Shown here piece by piece: positions 1 to 8,785 of a stretch of DNA of 64,000 bases (position 1 is the first letter of the stretch; each line of letters starts with the position of its first letter). This DNA comes from an uncultured Chloroflexia bacterium. GTDB taxonomy: Bacteria; Chloroflexota; Limnocylindria; Limnocylindrales; CSP1-4. The translations under genes were made by a program, and so were the position numbers. The stretch is from contig CAVYBU010000004.1 of assembly GCA_963766735.1 (NCBI GenBank), positions 224,001 to 288,000 of the forward strand. Direction: 5' to 3'. The notes beneath the pieces were generated by a model. That model was not told the origin of the DNA, searched no databases, and was given only the letters and a program-made list of their open reading frames with translations.

Positions 1-2
1 GT

Positions 3-1037
3 GGTTCGGCGATGTCACTCTCTTTGCGCTGCGGCTTGACGGGGTCCGACGGCACCCCGCTGATGCTGGCCAGGGACGATGACCGCTGGCACGTCCTGCC
101 GTCGATGCCTGCCGAGCTCCGCACGGCGACAGGAGGGGTGCCCGGAGATCCCGCGCGGGCGCGCGTGACGATGACGGTGCGGGACCCGGCGACTGGAGCC
201 GAATGGGTCCTTCGGGCATCGACAAGCCCATGCCTCCCGGCACCGAGTGAGGCGCACGACCCCAACGCTCCCGTCTCGGAACCGGGACCGGAAGGCCGAC
301 CGCCGGGGAACGGCGCGCCGCAAGAGCCGATGGCAGTCGAGCTGGACGTCCATGCCACGCTTCTCCCGCGGCGGATCGCGGCCGGCAGGCACCTGCCCGA
401 CGGATGCTGGGAGCTGAACGCCCGCATGTTCGTGGGCGGCCTTGACCACCGTTCGCGCGTGCGCCTGGCGGGGGTCTTCGCGCTGCCGCCGGATATTCGT
501 GGCGCGGCGCCGGTGGTCACCTGGCTGAGCCACACCGAGGACGGCGTGATGACGGTCGAGACGGGCCGCGGCCCTGCTGCCGTGGCCCGGGCAGCCGCCC
601 GCTGCGCGCCGGTCCTGGGACCAACGGATGGGCGCCGGCTCGAGCTGTTCATGCCGGCACGCGTGGCGCACGACGTCGACCGGATCGCGGCGGAGCTCGG
701 GATCGTGGACGCCACGGGGCCCGTGTTCCAGCCCGCGGCGCTCGTCCCGGTCACGGGCGGCCTGCGCGCGGCAGCGACGTTCCGTCCGGTACGGGGGGCG
801 GCGCATACGGCGCGGCTGGTGCTCCGGGTCGGGGGCGACCCGGCGGCGCAGGTTGACCTCGGGGTGGCCTCCGTCACGGCCCGCGGGCACATCCGGCCGG
901 ACCGAGCGCCACTTGTGAGCTCCGTGCGCCTTGCCGCGTACCGCGTGCGCCGCGAGGCGCTCCGGACCCGGAGGCGCGCGGGTTCCGTCGTGCGGCGGTC
1001 GGTGCGCAGGTTGCGCGGACACCTGCGCGGCGCATAG
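3..1037 (+). CDS. Hypothetical protein, probably the C-terminal part of a CDS starting upstream of the window
   Basis: Frame is open from the window edge; GC3-biased codons; Arg-rich C-terminus; no motif recognised. Confidence 0.5.
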   Translation, partial: GSAMSLSLRCGLTGSDGTPLMLARDDDRWHVLPSMPAELRTATGGVPGDPARARVTMTVRDPATGAEWVLRASTSPCLPAPSEAHDPNAPVSEPGPEGRPPGNGAPQEPMAVELDVHATLLPRRIAAGRHLPDGCWELNARMFVGGLDHRSRVRLAGVFALPPDIRGAAPVVTWLSHTEDGVMTVETGRGPAAVARAAARCAPVLGPTDGRRLELFMPARVAHDVDRIAAELGIVDATGPVFQPAALVPVTGGLRAAATFRPVRGAAHTARLVLRVGGDPAAQVDLGVASVTARGHIRPDRAPLVSSVRLAAYRVRREALRTRRRAGSVVRRSVRRLRGHLRGA

Positions 1038-1154
1038 GGCCTGCCGGCGATGCTCATGGTCGGTACCCACGATCACGGGGACTCGACGGTGTCGGATACC
1101 GTGCCCGGGTCCGCGAGCCCTCTCGGGGACAGCCCGTTGTCGTACCATCCGCCC

Positions 1155-1847
1155 ATGAACGGGCTCGACATCAACCCTCGGCGCCTCGGCACGGGGCTGC
1201 TCGCCTTCGGCATGGCCGGCGTGATCCTCGCGGGGCTCATTGCCGCGGCCCTCGTCGGCGGCGCGATCGCCGCCCGCAACCTGGACGAGCGCCTGCTCGC
1301 GGACCAGGAGCGGATCGCGGCCTCGCTGACCCGGCTCACGCTCACGATGGACTCGCTGGCCGTCACGACGGATCACGCGGGCGAGACGCTGGCCACCTCC
1401 CGGGATGCCATCGCCCACGCGAGCGACCTCCTGGGCGACCTGTCCGCCGCGTCCGCCGACGTGGGGACCGCGCTGGACATCAGCATCCTGGGCAGCCAGC
1501 CGTTTGCGTCCGCGGCGGAGAAGCTCCAGGAGGTGGGGCGAGCCCTCGCGGTGTTCCAGCAGGATGCCCAGGCGCTTGCCCTGAACCTGGACGCGAATGC
1601 CACCGACGCCGCGACCATGGCCAATGAGATCCGGTCCATCAAGACGCAGGTCGCGGAGCTGGCGGCCATCGTGGCCGGCTTCGACCGGATCGACGAGATG
1701 GTGGGGCTCCTGATCGGAGGGATCGTGCTGGGCGCGCTGCTGACCGCGTGGGTGGGCCTGGCCGCCGCAGGGTGCGCCTGGGTGGGCTGGCAATTGCGCA
1801 GGACGACGCCAACGTCCCCCGCTGATCGCGCGGCGCCCGCCGGCTGA
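1155..1847 (+). CDS. Hypothetical membrane protein (TM helix, coiled-coil region, TM helices)
   Basis: Hydrophobic segments at both ends around a helical Ala/Leu-rich core; ATG 1155 lies 6 nt after TACCAT (1143-1148). Confidence 0.7.
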   Translation: MNGLDINPRRLGTGLLAFGMAGVILAGLIAAALVGGAIAARNLDERLLADQERIAASLTRLTLTMDSLAVTTDHAGETLATSRDAIAHASDLLGDLSAASADVGTALDISILGSQPFASAAEKLQEVGRALAVFQQDAQALALNLDANATDAATMANEIRSIKTQVAELAAIVAGFDRIDEMVGLLIGGIVLGALLTAWVGLAAAGCAWVGWQLRRTTPTSPADRAAPAG

Positions 1848-1929
1848 TCCGCGAACCAGGTGACCCCGCGGCATCGGCCGCCGGCCGGCTGAACCAGCGG
1901 CTCCCGCCGCCGGCGGCGATACTGGAGCC

Positions 1930-2871
1930 ATGGCAACGAAGGTCATCCTCGACGTCGACACCGGAACCGACGACGCGGTCGCGCTGATGATCGCGGCCCT
2001 CTCCCCTGCTCTGGAGCTCGTGGGCGCGACGGTCGTCAACGGCAACACCAACGTCGACAACTGCGTGGAGAACACGCTCCGCGTCTTCGAGTGGATCGGA
2101 CTGCCGGCAACGCCCGTCCATCGCGGCATGTCCCGCCCGCTCGCGCGCCCCCAGCCGACCCAGCTCAACCCGGCGTCCCGGATCCACGGGGACTTCCTGG
2201 ACCTGCCCCCGGCGACCATCGCGGCGGGCGCCACGCATGCCGTGGACTGGCTGATCGACACCTACCTGGCCTCCGACGGCGACATCACCCTCGTCCCGGT
2301 GGGACCCCTGACGAACATCGCGACCGCGATCCAGAAGGAACCGCGGATCCTCGGCAAGATCCCCGAGATCGTGCTCATGGGCGGCGCCCACGATCACGGG
2401 AACTCCACGGCGTCGGCGGAGTTCAACATCTGGCTGGACCCGGACGCGGCCCGGATCGTGGTCAACTGCGGGCGCCCGATCCGGATGATCCCGCTCGATG
2501 CCACGCACCGCGCGCTCGTCTCCAGCGACGACTGCAGGGCGCTGCGGGCCCTTGGCACGCCCGCCGGCGAGGCTGCCGCCCGCTTCACCGAGAAGCGGAT
2601 CGACGGCTACGACGCCACCCAGCCGATGCATCGCGCGGGCGCGGCGCCCGTGCACGACGCGCTCGCCGTGTGCGCGGTCATTGACCCGTCGGTGGTGACC
2701 ACCCACCACATCCCGGTGGACGTGGAGACCGGCGGTGAGCTGTCCGTCGGCAGGACGGTCTGCGACTTCCGGTTCCGCAGCGGGAGGCCCGCCAACGTGC
2801 ACTTCGCCATGGACGCGGACGAGCCGAAGTTCGTGCGGATGCTGCTGGACGTCCTGGGCCGGACTGCCTGA
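1930..2871 (+). CDS. Inosine/uridine-preferring nucleoside hydrolase (RihA family)
   Basis: DVDTGTDD motif, GPLTNIA, AEFNIWLDPDAA, VHDALAV. Confidence 0.93.
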   Translation: MATKVILDVDTGTDDAVALMIAALSPALELVGATVVNGNTNVDNCVENTLRVFEWIGLPATPVHRGMSRPLARPQPTQLNPASRIHGDFLDLPPATIAAGATHAVDWLIDTYLASDGDITLVPVGPLTNIATAIQKEPRILGKIPEIVLMGGAHDHGNSTASAEFNIWLDPDAARIVVNCGRPIRMIPLDATHRALVSSDDCRALRALGTPAGEAAARFTEKRIDGYDATQPMHRAGAAPVHDALAVCAVIDPSVVTTHHIPVDVETGGELSVGRTVCDFRFRSGRPANVHFAMDADEPKFVRMLLDVLGRTA

Positions 2872-2911
2872 CGGACGAGACCTGGCCCGCAGGAGCGCGC
2901 CGGGCGCGGCG

Positions 2912-2971
2912 GGGCGCGGGGAGCTGGCGCGCGGGGAGCGGGCGCGCGGGAGCAAGCGCGCGGGGAGCGGG
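2912..2971 (+). repeat. Imperfect tandem repeat, about 4 copies of GCGCG(C)GGGGAGC, between convergent genes
   Basis: Visible in sequence: gcgcggggagc tg gcgcgcggggagc gg gcgcgcgggagc aa gcgcgcggggagc. Confidence 0.6.
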
Positions 2972-2987
2972 TGCCCGCAGATCCGGG

Positions 2988-4397
2988 CTACGGGCCGAGG
3001 TGGTACCCCATCCGGCGCGGCAGCTTCGCCACGAGGTCCGTGAGCCGGCCAACCTTGCCCGTGGCATCGAGCGCATCGTCCCGGCGGACCGTGGCCGCGT
3101 TGACCATGGCGGCGCCGACGCTGCGGAACGGCTGGGGCGGGAAGCGCCTGGGCTCCATGTCCACGAACGGGAGCCGGGTGGCATCGTCCTCGATGCCCAG
3201 GGCACGCGCTGCCATGATCCTGCCGAAGAGGTGGGCGGGCCCCACCCCATTGCCGGTGTAGCCGAGCGCGTAGTGGACGTTGCCGCCAGCCAGCGTGCCC
3301 GCGAATGGGGTGTGCGTGCTCGCGACATCGATCGGGCCGCCCCAGCGGCCCTCGATGGGGACGTCCCGGAAGCCCGGGAAGAAGCGGTGGATGGCGTCGA
3401 TCGCGTGCTGCGTGCCCTGCTCGTCGTTGTCGAAGTGCGGGCCGATCCTGCCCGTCCACGATCCCCGTTCTCCGCCGACGCCGAGGGCGATGCGGCCGTC
3501 GGGCGTGGTGCGCAGGTAGCGGAGCGCGGACCGGTAGTCGTAGATCGAGACCCCGGTGGTCCAGCCGATGTCGGCCAGCCTGTGCGGGGCGGGCGCCGTG
3601 ATCGCCATGAATGAAGCCCGGGGGACGATGCGGCGACCGAAGCCCTTCCAGGTCCCGGCCCAGGCGTTGATGCCCAGGACGGCCTGGCCGGCGTGCACCA
3701 CGCCGCCGGGCGTGACGGCCTCCAGGCGGGTGCCGGGTCGCAGGCTGGAGACCGGGGTGTGCTCGAAGATGCGGACGCCCGCCTCCATGCACACGCGCCG
3801 CAGGCCGCGAGCGAGGCGGGCTGGCTGGACGGTGCCGCCGTCGGCGACGAAGTGCCCGCCCTCGAACACCGGCGAGGTGCAGTAGCCGTCCATGTCGGCC
3901 TTCGTCAGCACGCGGTAGTGGTCCTCGATGCCGAGGCTCCGCGCGGTTGCGATGGGCTCCTCCCAGCCTCCGGACTGCGCGGGCGAGGAGGCGACCCCGA
4001 TGTACCCGTCCTGCCGGAACCAGGCGTCGACGCCGTGGCCGTCCATCCAGGCAGCCATCTCGTGGATCGTCCGTGCCCCCGCTTCGATGACCGCGAGGGC
4101 TCCGTCCCGCCCGAACAGGTCCACAAGGGTGCCGGCGTGGTCGTAGAAGCCGTTGATGAACCCGCCGTTGCGGCCGCTGGGCCCGAAGCCGCACTCGTCC
4201 TGCTCCAGGACGACGACCTTCACGCCCGGCCGCGTCTGCACCAGGTGCCAGGCGGCCCACAGGCCCGTGTAGCCACCGCCGATGATGACGACGTCCGTGG
4301 AGGTGTCGCGGTCCAGGGCCGGGGCCGGCTCACCCACGAACTCCGGGTGGGCCATGGCCTCCTTCAGCCACCAGCAGGTGCGGGCGATGTCGCTCAT
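2988..4397 (-). CDS. FAD-dependent oxidoreductase, DadA/PuuB-like
   Basis: IGGGYTG Rossmann motif, GPSGRNGGF, GYTGNGVG; ATG 4397 lies 7 nt after TACAGT. Confidence 0.88.
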   Translation of the reverse strand: MSDIARTCWWLKEAMAHPEFVGEPAPALDRDTSTDVVIIGGGYTGLWAAWHLVQTRPGVKVVVLEQDECGFGPSGRNGGFINGFYDHAGTLVDLFGRDGALAVIEAGARTIHEMAAWMDGHGVDAWFRQDGYIGVASSPAQSGGWEEPIATARSLGIEDHYRVLTKADMDGYCTSPVFEGGHFVADGGTVQPARLARGLRRVCMEAGVRIFEHTPVSSLRPGTRLEAVTPGGVVHAGQAVLGINAWAGTWKGFGRRIVPRASFMAITAPAPHRLADIGWTTGVSIYDYRSALRYLRTTPDGRIALGVGGERGSWTGRIGPHFDNDEQGTQHAIDAIHRFFPGFRDVPIEGRWGGPIDVASTHTPFAGTLAGGNVHYALGYTGNGVGPAHLFGRIMAARALGIEDDATRLPFVDMEPRRFPPQPFRSVGAAMVNAATVRRDDALDATGKVGRLTDLVAKLPRRMGYHLGP

Positions 4398-4504
4398 GGC
4401 TCTGACTGTAGCGGTGCCGGGCGCCGGCGGTCGGCCGGTTCCGGGGCGCGGGCCGGACATGAGACGACCCCGGAGCGTCGGCCGGGGTCGGCAGGGTCAG
4501 ATGG

Positions 4505-4580
4505 TGGCGCGCCCGGCGGGATTCGAACCCACGACCCCCAGCTCCGCAAGCTGGTGCTCTATCCACTGAGCTACGGGCGC
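4505..4580 (-). tRNA. tRNA-Arg, anticodon GCG
   Basis: GCGCCCG acceptor stem, anticodon arm CCAGC-TTGCGGA-GCTGG, TTCGAAT T-loop, encoded CCA; 76 nt. Confidence 0.95.
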
Positions 4581-4593
4581 ACGATGTGCGATC

Positions 4594-4685
<92 letters not shown>

Positions 4686-4700
4686 ACTGCAGCGCGGCGC

Positions 4701-4709
4701 ATTCTAGCA
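4701..4709 (-). promoter_or_regulatory. Extended -10 promoter for the tRNA pair
   Basis: TG-C-TAGAAT on the minus strand, 15 nt upstream of tRNA-Ser. Confidence 0.6.
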
Positions 4710-4791
4710 TCAGGCCGCGGCACCGATCCCCCGCACCGATCCCCCGCCGCCGGAGCCCGGAGCGGGGTCCCGCGATCGGCCGCTCGGTCCA

Positions 4792-5073
4792 TCAGGGCGT
4801 CGTTGCGTCGCCGGCATGGCCTGCGCCGTCCTCCACGTCGATCGCGACGAGGCGGAGCGCCCGCGGGTCCGCGGTCGGCAGGAAGTGGATCCGGGCGCCC
4901 TCGGCGATCGTCCCGGTGGCCGCCTCCTCGACATGTGATGCCACCGCTGCCTCGCTCGCGACGGCTTCGGGGCCGAGCTCCAGGCGGAGGTCGGTGATGC
5001 GGACGGCCCCGGCCGCGCGCGCTCGTTCGAGGGCCACCTCGATGATCCGCTCGGCGATGCCCGACTCGTGCAT
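4792..5073 (-). CDS. hypA: HypA-like hydrogenase nickel insertion protein lacking the Zn finger
   Basis: MHE N-terminus, GTIAEGA, C-terminal LRLVAIDVE strand; no cysteines; start overlaps the protease stop (TGATG). Confidence 0.75.
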   Translation of the reverse strand: MHESGIAERIIEVALERARAAGAVRITDLRLELGPEAVASEAAVASHVEEAATGTIAEGARIHFLPTADPRALRLVAIDVEDGAGHAGDATTP

Positions 5074-5615
5074 CAGGATGACTGCCATGTCGACGCCCGG
5101 AGCAGGCCCAGGACGGCGTCCACGGCCTCCGGGAGGGCAGCCGCAACGGGCGGCGAGAGCGTCTCTCCGAACTCCTCCACGCGGTGGGCCACGATCCCCA
5201 CCACCATGATGTCGATCGGCAGATCGGCTCCCAGGGATCGGCCCGCAGCCAGGGCGACCCGCAGGGACGCATCGTGGGCGTTGTCAAGATGACCCGAGAC
5301 GTCGGGCACGAGCTCCTCGAGCGGCTGGACGAAGACGGCGCCGACCGGCCGGTCGTCGGCCCGAAGCGCATCGACGAGGATCGCGCGGCGGGCGCCCACG
5401 AGCCGCTCCATGAGCGAGAGCCCGCCCAACGACGCGCACCGGAAATCAACCGCCGGAGGCACCCGGCCGGCCGGGTGGCCTCCGTCAGCCTCATCGGCCC
5501 AGCGCCGTTCCACCTCCTCGACGACCCGCCATCCGATGCCGTCGTCGCCGAGAATCGGGTTGCCGATGCCGATGACGAGGACCAGCCCCGGCTGCGCCGG
5601 GGCGATGACTCGCAT
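5073..5615 (-). CDS. Hydrogenase maturation protease (HycI/HybD family)
   Basis: VIGIGNPILGDDGIG, ILVDA, NAHDASL; downstream of the large subunit; start approximate. Confidence 0.9.
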   Translation of the reverse strand: MRVIAPAQPGLVLVIGIGNPILGDDGIGWRVVEEVERRWADEADGGHPAGRVPPAVDFRCASLGGLSLMERLVGARRAILVDALRADDRPVGAVFVQPLEELVPDVSGHLDNAHDASLRVALAAGRSLGADLPIDIMVVGIVAHRVEEFGETLSPPVAAALPEAVDAVLGLLRASTWQSS

Positions 5616-5664
5616 CTCCGCCCCGGCTCGCGTCTCCGCCCCGGCAGGGACCCCGCGCGCCGAC

Positions 5665-7149
5665 TCAGTCGTCGCGGCGGATGACATCGACCACCGCCCC
5701 GGCCGCGTCCCGGATCGTGACTTCGAGCGGCATGCGGCCGGGAAGCGAGTGCGTGGCACAGCCGAAGCACGGGTCGTACGCGCGGAACGCCATCTCGATC
5801 CGGTTGAGGATCCCCTCACCCACCACCTGTCCGCCGTGGATCAGGCTGCGGGCCGCCCGCTCGATCGACATGCACATGGGGGCGTAGTTGTTCGTCGTCC
5901 CGACGATGAGGTTGACCTCCGTGAGGATCCCCCGCTCATCCGTCCGGTAGTGGTGGGTGAGCGTGCCGCGCGGCGCCTCCACGGTCCCGACGCCTTCGGT
6001 GGGGGTCGAGGTGGGAATGGATCGGACGTCGTCGGATGTGATCTCCGGGTCCGTCGCGAGCTCCACGAGCCGCTCCGCCGCGAACAGCATCTCGACCAGC
6101 CGGGCCCAGTGGGCGGCCAGGCGGCCGTGGACGGGCTGCTGGGGGCCACCGTTCGTCGGCGCCAGGGTTGCGAAGAAGCGCTCGTACTCGGCCTGCGCCT
6201 TGGGCGTTGCCATCCCGTCGGCCGCGTTGAGTCGGGACAGGGGCATCGCGGTGTAGATGCCCGAGTCCTTGCCGTCCACGAAGCCCTTCCAGCCGACCGG
6301 CTTGAGGTACGGGAACTTCAGGTACGTCCAGGGCTCGACGCGCTCTGCGATCCAGTCCCGGTAGTCGGCCGGATCGTACTCGCACAACTGCTCGCCGTCG
6401 GGCGCGACCACGCGCACCCGGCCGTCGTAGAAGTTGACCTTGCCGTTCGCGTCCACGAGGCCCATGTAGTAGGTCTCGTGACGGTACGTGTCACCCAGGA
6501 TGGCGTCCCGGTAGGCAGCATCACCCATGACGAGTGCATCGAAGACGCCGATGCTGAACTCCGAGAAATCGACCATCGAGCGGCCGATGGCCTCGATCTC
6601 CGCCCGCTGATCCTCCGTGATGCCCTTGGTCATCCCACCCGGGACAGCCGTGCAGGGGTGGACCGCCCGGCCGCCGATCATCTCGATGACGTGGTGGCCG
6701 GCCTTGCGGGCCCCGATGACGCGGGCTCCCGCCTCCGCTCCGACCTTGGCCAGGACGCCCAGGATGTTGCGCTCCGCGACCGGGGCGTCCGGCCCGACGA
6801 AGAAGTCCGGGCCGCCGAGGGCATAGAAATGCGTGGCGTGGTCGGTGACGTAGAACGCGGAGTAGAGGGCCTCGCGCAGGAGGCGGGCCGGCCGCGGCGG
6901 GGTGACCCCGTACACCGCGTCGGCCGCCTTCGCCGCGGCCATGTGATGCGCCTCGGGGCACACGCCGCAGATGCGGCTGGTGAGGGATGGCATCTCCTCG
7001 ACCGGCCGGCCCACGCAGAAGCGTTCGAAACCCCGGAGCTCGGGAACCTGGAAGTAGGTCCTCTGGACCTCGCCCGCGTCATCGAGGAAGATCTCGATCT
7101 TGGCGTGGCCCTCCAGGCGGGTGACCGGGTCGATCGTCAGGCGGGTCAT
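5665..7149 (-). CDS. mvhA: [NiFe] hydrogenase large subunit, MvhA type (group 3c by context)
   Basis: DPVTRLEGH, L1 RICGVCPEAH, EAPRG, L2 DPCFGCATH followed by a cleavable C-terminal extension. Confidence 0.93.
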   Translation of the reverse strand: MTRLTIDPVTRLEGHAKIEIFLDDAGEVQRTYFQVPELRGFERFCVGRPVEEMPSLTSRICGVCPEAHHMAAAKAADAVYGVTPPRPARLLREALYSAFYVTDHATHFYALGGPDFFVGPDAPVAERNILGVLAKVGAEAGARVIGARKAGHHVIEMIGGRAVHPCTAVPGGMTKGITEDQRAEIEAIGRSMVDFSEFSIGVFDALVMGDAAYRDAILGDTYRHETYYMGLVDANGKVNFYDGRVRVVAPDGEQLCEYDPADYRDWIAERVEPWTYLKFPYLKPVGWKGFVDGKDSGIYTAMPLSRLNAADGMATPKAQAEYERFFATLAPTNGGPQQPVHGRLAAHWARLVEMLFAAERLVELATDPEITSDDVRSIPTSTPTEGVGTVEAPRGTLTHHYRTDERGILTEVNLIVGTTNNYAPMCMSIERAARSLIHGGQVVGEGILNRIEMAFRAYDPCFGCATHSLPGRMPLEVTIRDAAGAVVDVIRRDD

Positions 7150-8213
7150 CTCTCGTTCCCTCCGGCCGCGCCGGCGAGAGCCGGCTCGGCAGTGGGCGTC
7201 ATCGCCGGTGGTTCGTGGCCGTTGCCGCCGGACGCAACCCGGCTCGCCCGCAGGATCGAGCGGGCCAGGCCGAACCGGTAGAAGGTCCCGAGCGGATCGG
7301 GCAGGCCGTCGAGGATCAGCTCGATGTCAGCGGGCTCGCGTGCGTCGAGGACCGAGGCGAACGCCGACAGGAGTCGAGCGCCCTGGTCCGTCACTCCGTC
7401 GGTCGCCCCGTAGCAGCCGATGCAGGGCGCGCCGGCCGCCGGGCAGAGCGCGCCGCAGCCGTCCCGGGTTGCGGGGCCGCTGCACGGGATGCCCTGCTCG
7501 AGGAGGCAGACCGCCGGGTCGAGGTGGGCCGTGGCCTGGATCCTGGTGAACGCGGAGATCTTCTTCACGTCACGCTCGCGGGCGCACTGGTCGCAGACGG
7601 TCGACGTCCCCGCGCCGATGACGCTGCCCTTGGGCGGCAGCTCGGCCCGACCGGCGAAGGCTGCGATCGCGAGATCGACGATCTCCGCGATGCGGGCCGA
7701 CTCGGGCGGACAGCCAGGCACGAAGTAGTCCACCTCGACGACCTGGTCCAGCGTTCTCAGGACCGGAGCGAGCGTCGGGATCCGGATCTCGCCCTCGGGC
7801 GCCATCCAGTTCGGCTCAGGCCGGACGTGGGCGGCGTTCTCGGTGCTGGACGTCTCGAAGGCGGTCGCCACCATGTCGCCAACCGAGGACAGGTTGGCCA
7901 GCCCGGGGATGCAGCCCTCCGAAGCACACGAGCCGAAGGCGACGAGGATCTTCGAGGTGCGGCGGAGGAGCTTCGCGAGATGAAGGTTCTCGTCGTTGCG
8001 GATGCTCCCCGAGAAGAACGTCAGGTCGATCGAGCCGTCCGGCAGCGCCTCCACGTCGGCGTACTTCGTGTCCATGACGCAGGGCCAGAACACGATGTCG
8101 AAGGCATTCGCGACGTCCACGATCTTCTCGTGGATGTTGAGCACGGCGATGTCGCAGCCGCCGCAGCTGGCGGCCCAGTACATCGCGAACCGGCGCTTGT
8201 CGTTGTCGCTCAT
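7146..8213 (-). CDS. mvhG: [NiFe] hydrogenase small subunit, MvhG type
   Basis: SCGGCD, FGSCA, PGCPP, VCDQC, CLLEQGIPCSGPATRDGCGALCP..PCIGCYG; no Tat signal. Confidence 0.92.
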   Translation of the reverse strand: MSDNDKRRFAMYWAASCGGCDIAVLNIHEKIVDVANAFDIVFWPCVMDTKYADVEALPDGSIDLTFFSGSIRNDENLHLAKLLRRTSKILVAFGSCASEGCIPGLANLSSVGDMVATAFETSSTENAAHVRPEPNWMAPEGEIRIPTLAPVLRTLDQVVEVDYFVPGCPPESARIAEIVDLAIAAFAGRAELPPKGSVIGAGTSTVCDQCARERDVKKISAFTRIQATAHLDPAVCLLEQGIPCSGPATRDGCGALCPAAGAPCIGCYGATDGVTDQGARLLSAFASVLDAREPADIELILDGLPDPLGTFYRFGLARSILRASRVASGGNGHEPPAMTPTAEPALAGAAGGNER

Positions 8214-8785
8214 GCCGTCATCTCCGCGGGCTCGCCGACGGCCGCCGCGGCGGCCGGGACGGGATCGCCAGGACTGGCCGGGTCGATCTGCAGCGCGGCC
8301 GCGACGGCCTCGGGCAATGCCCGCCCGTCACGACCCCAGCCGAGGGGGCCGAGGGCGCGCACCTCCTCGACGATACGGCTCACCTCGGTGGCGAACCGCT
8401 GGCCTTCGGCCGCGCTGGCCCAGAGGAGCTGGAGCCGTGCCGGCTCGATGCCCATCGCCTCGGTCACCCGCCGGAGGAGGGTGAGCCGCCGGAGCAGCTT
8501 GATGTTCTGCTCGATGTAGTGGCACTCGCCCGGCCAGCAGCCGCTGATCATGACGCCGTCCGCGCCCTCCGCGAACGCTTTCAGGACGAAGGCCGGGTCC
8601 AGGCGGCCCGAGCACATGAGGCGGATGAGCCGGACGTTCGGCGGGTACTTCAGGCGGGCGGTGCCGGCCAGGTCCGCGGCCCGGTAGCTGCACCAGTTGC
8701 AGGTGAAGCCGATCATGACCGGCTCGAACGTGTTGCCGTTCGCCGGGGCGGGGCCGGCCGTGACGGGGGTCGTTGTCTTGCTCAT
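8210..8785 (-). CDS. mvhD: [2Fe-2S] subunit MvhD/FlpD
   Basis: FTCNWCSYRAADLAG, MCSGR, GCWPGECHY. Confidence 0.94.
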   Translation of the reverse strand: MSKTTTPVTAGPAPANGNTFEPVMIGFTCNWCSYRAADLAGTARLKYPPNVRLIRLMCSGRLDPAFVLKAFAEGADGVMISGCWPGECHYIEQNIKLLRRLTLLRRVTEAMGIEPARLQLLWASAAEGQRFATEVSRIVEEVRALGPLGWGRDGRALPEAVAAALQIDPASPGDPVPAAAAAVGEPAEMTA

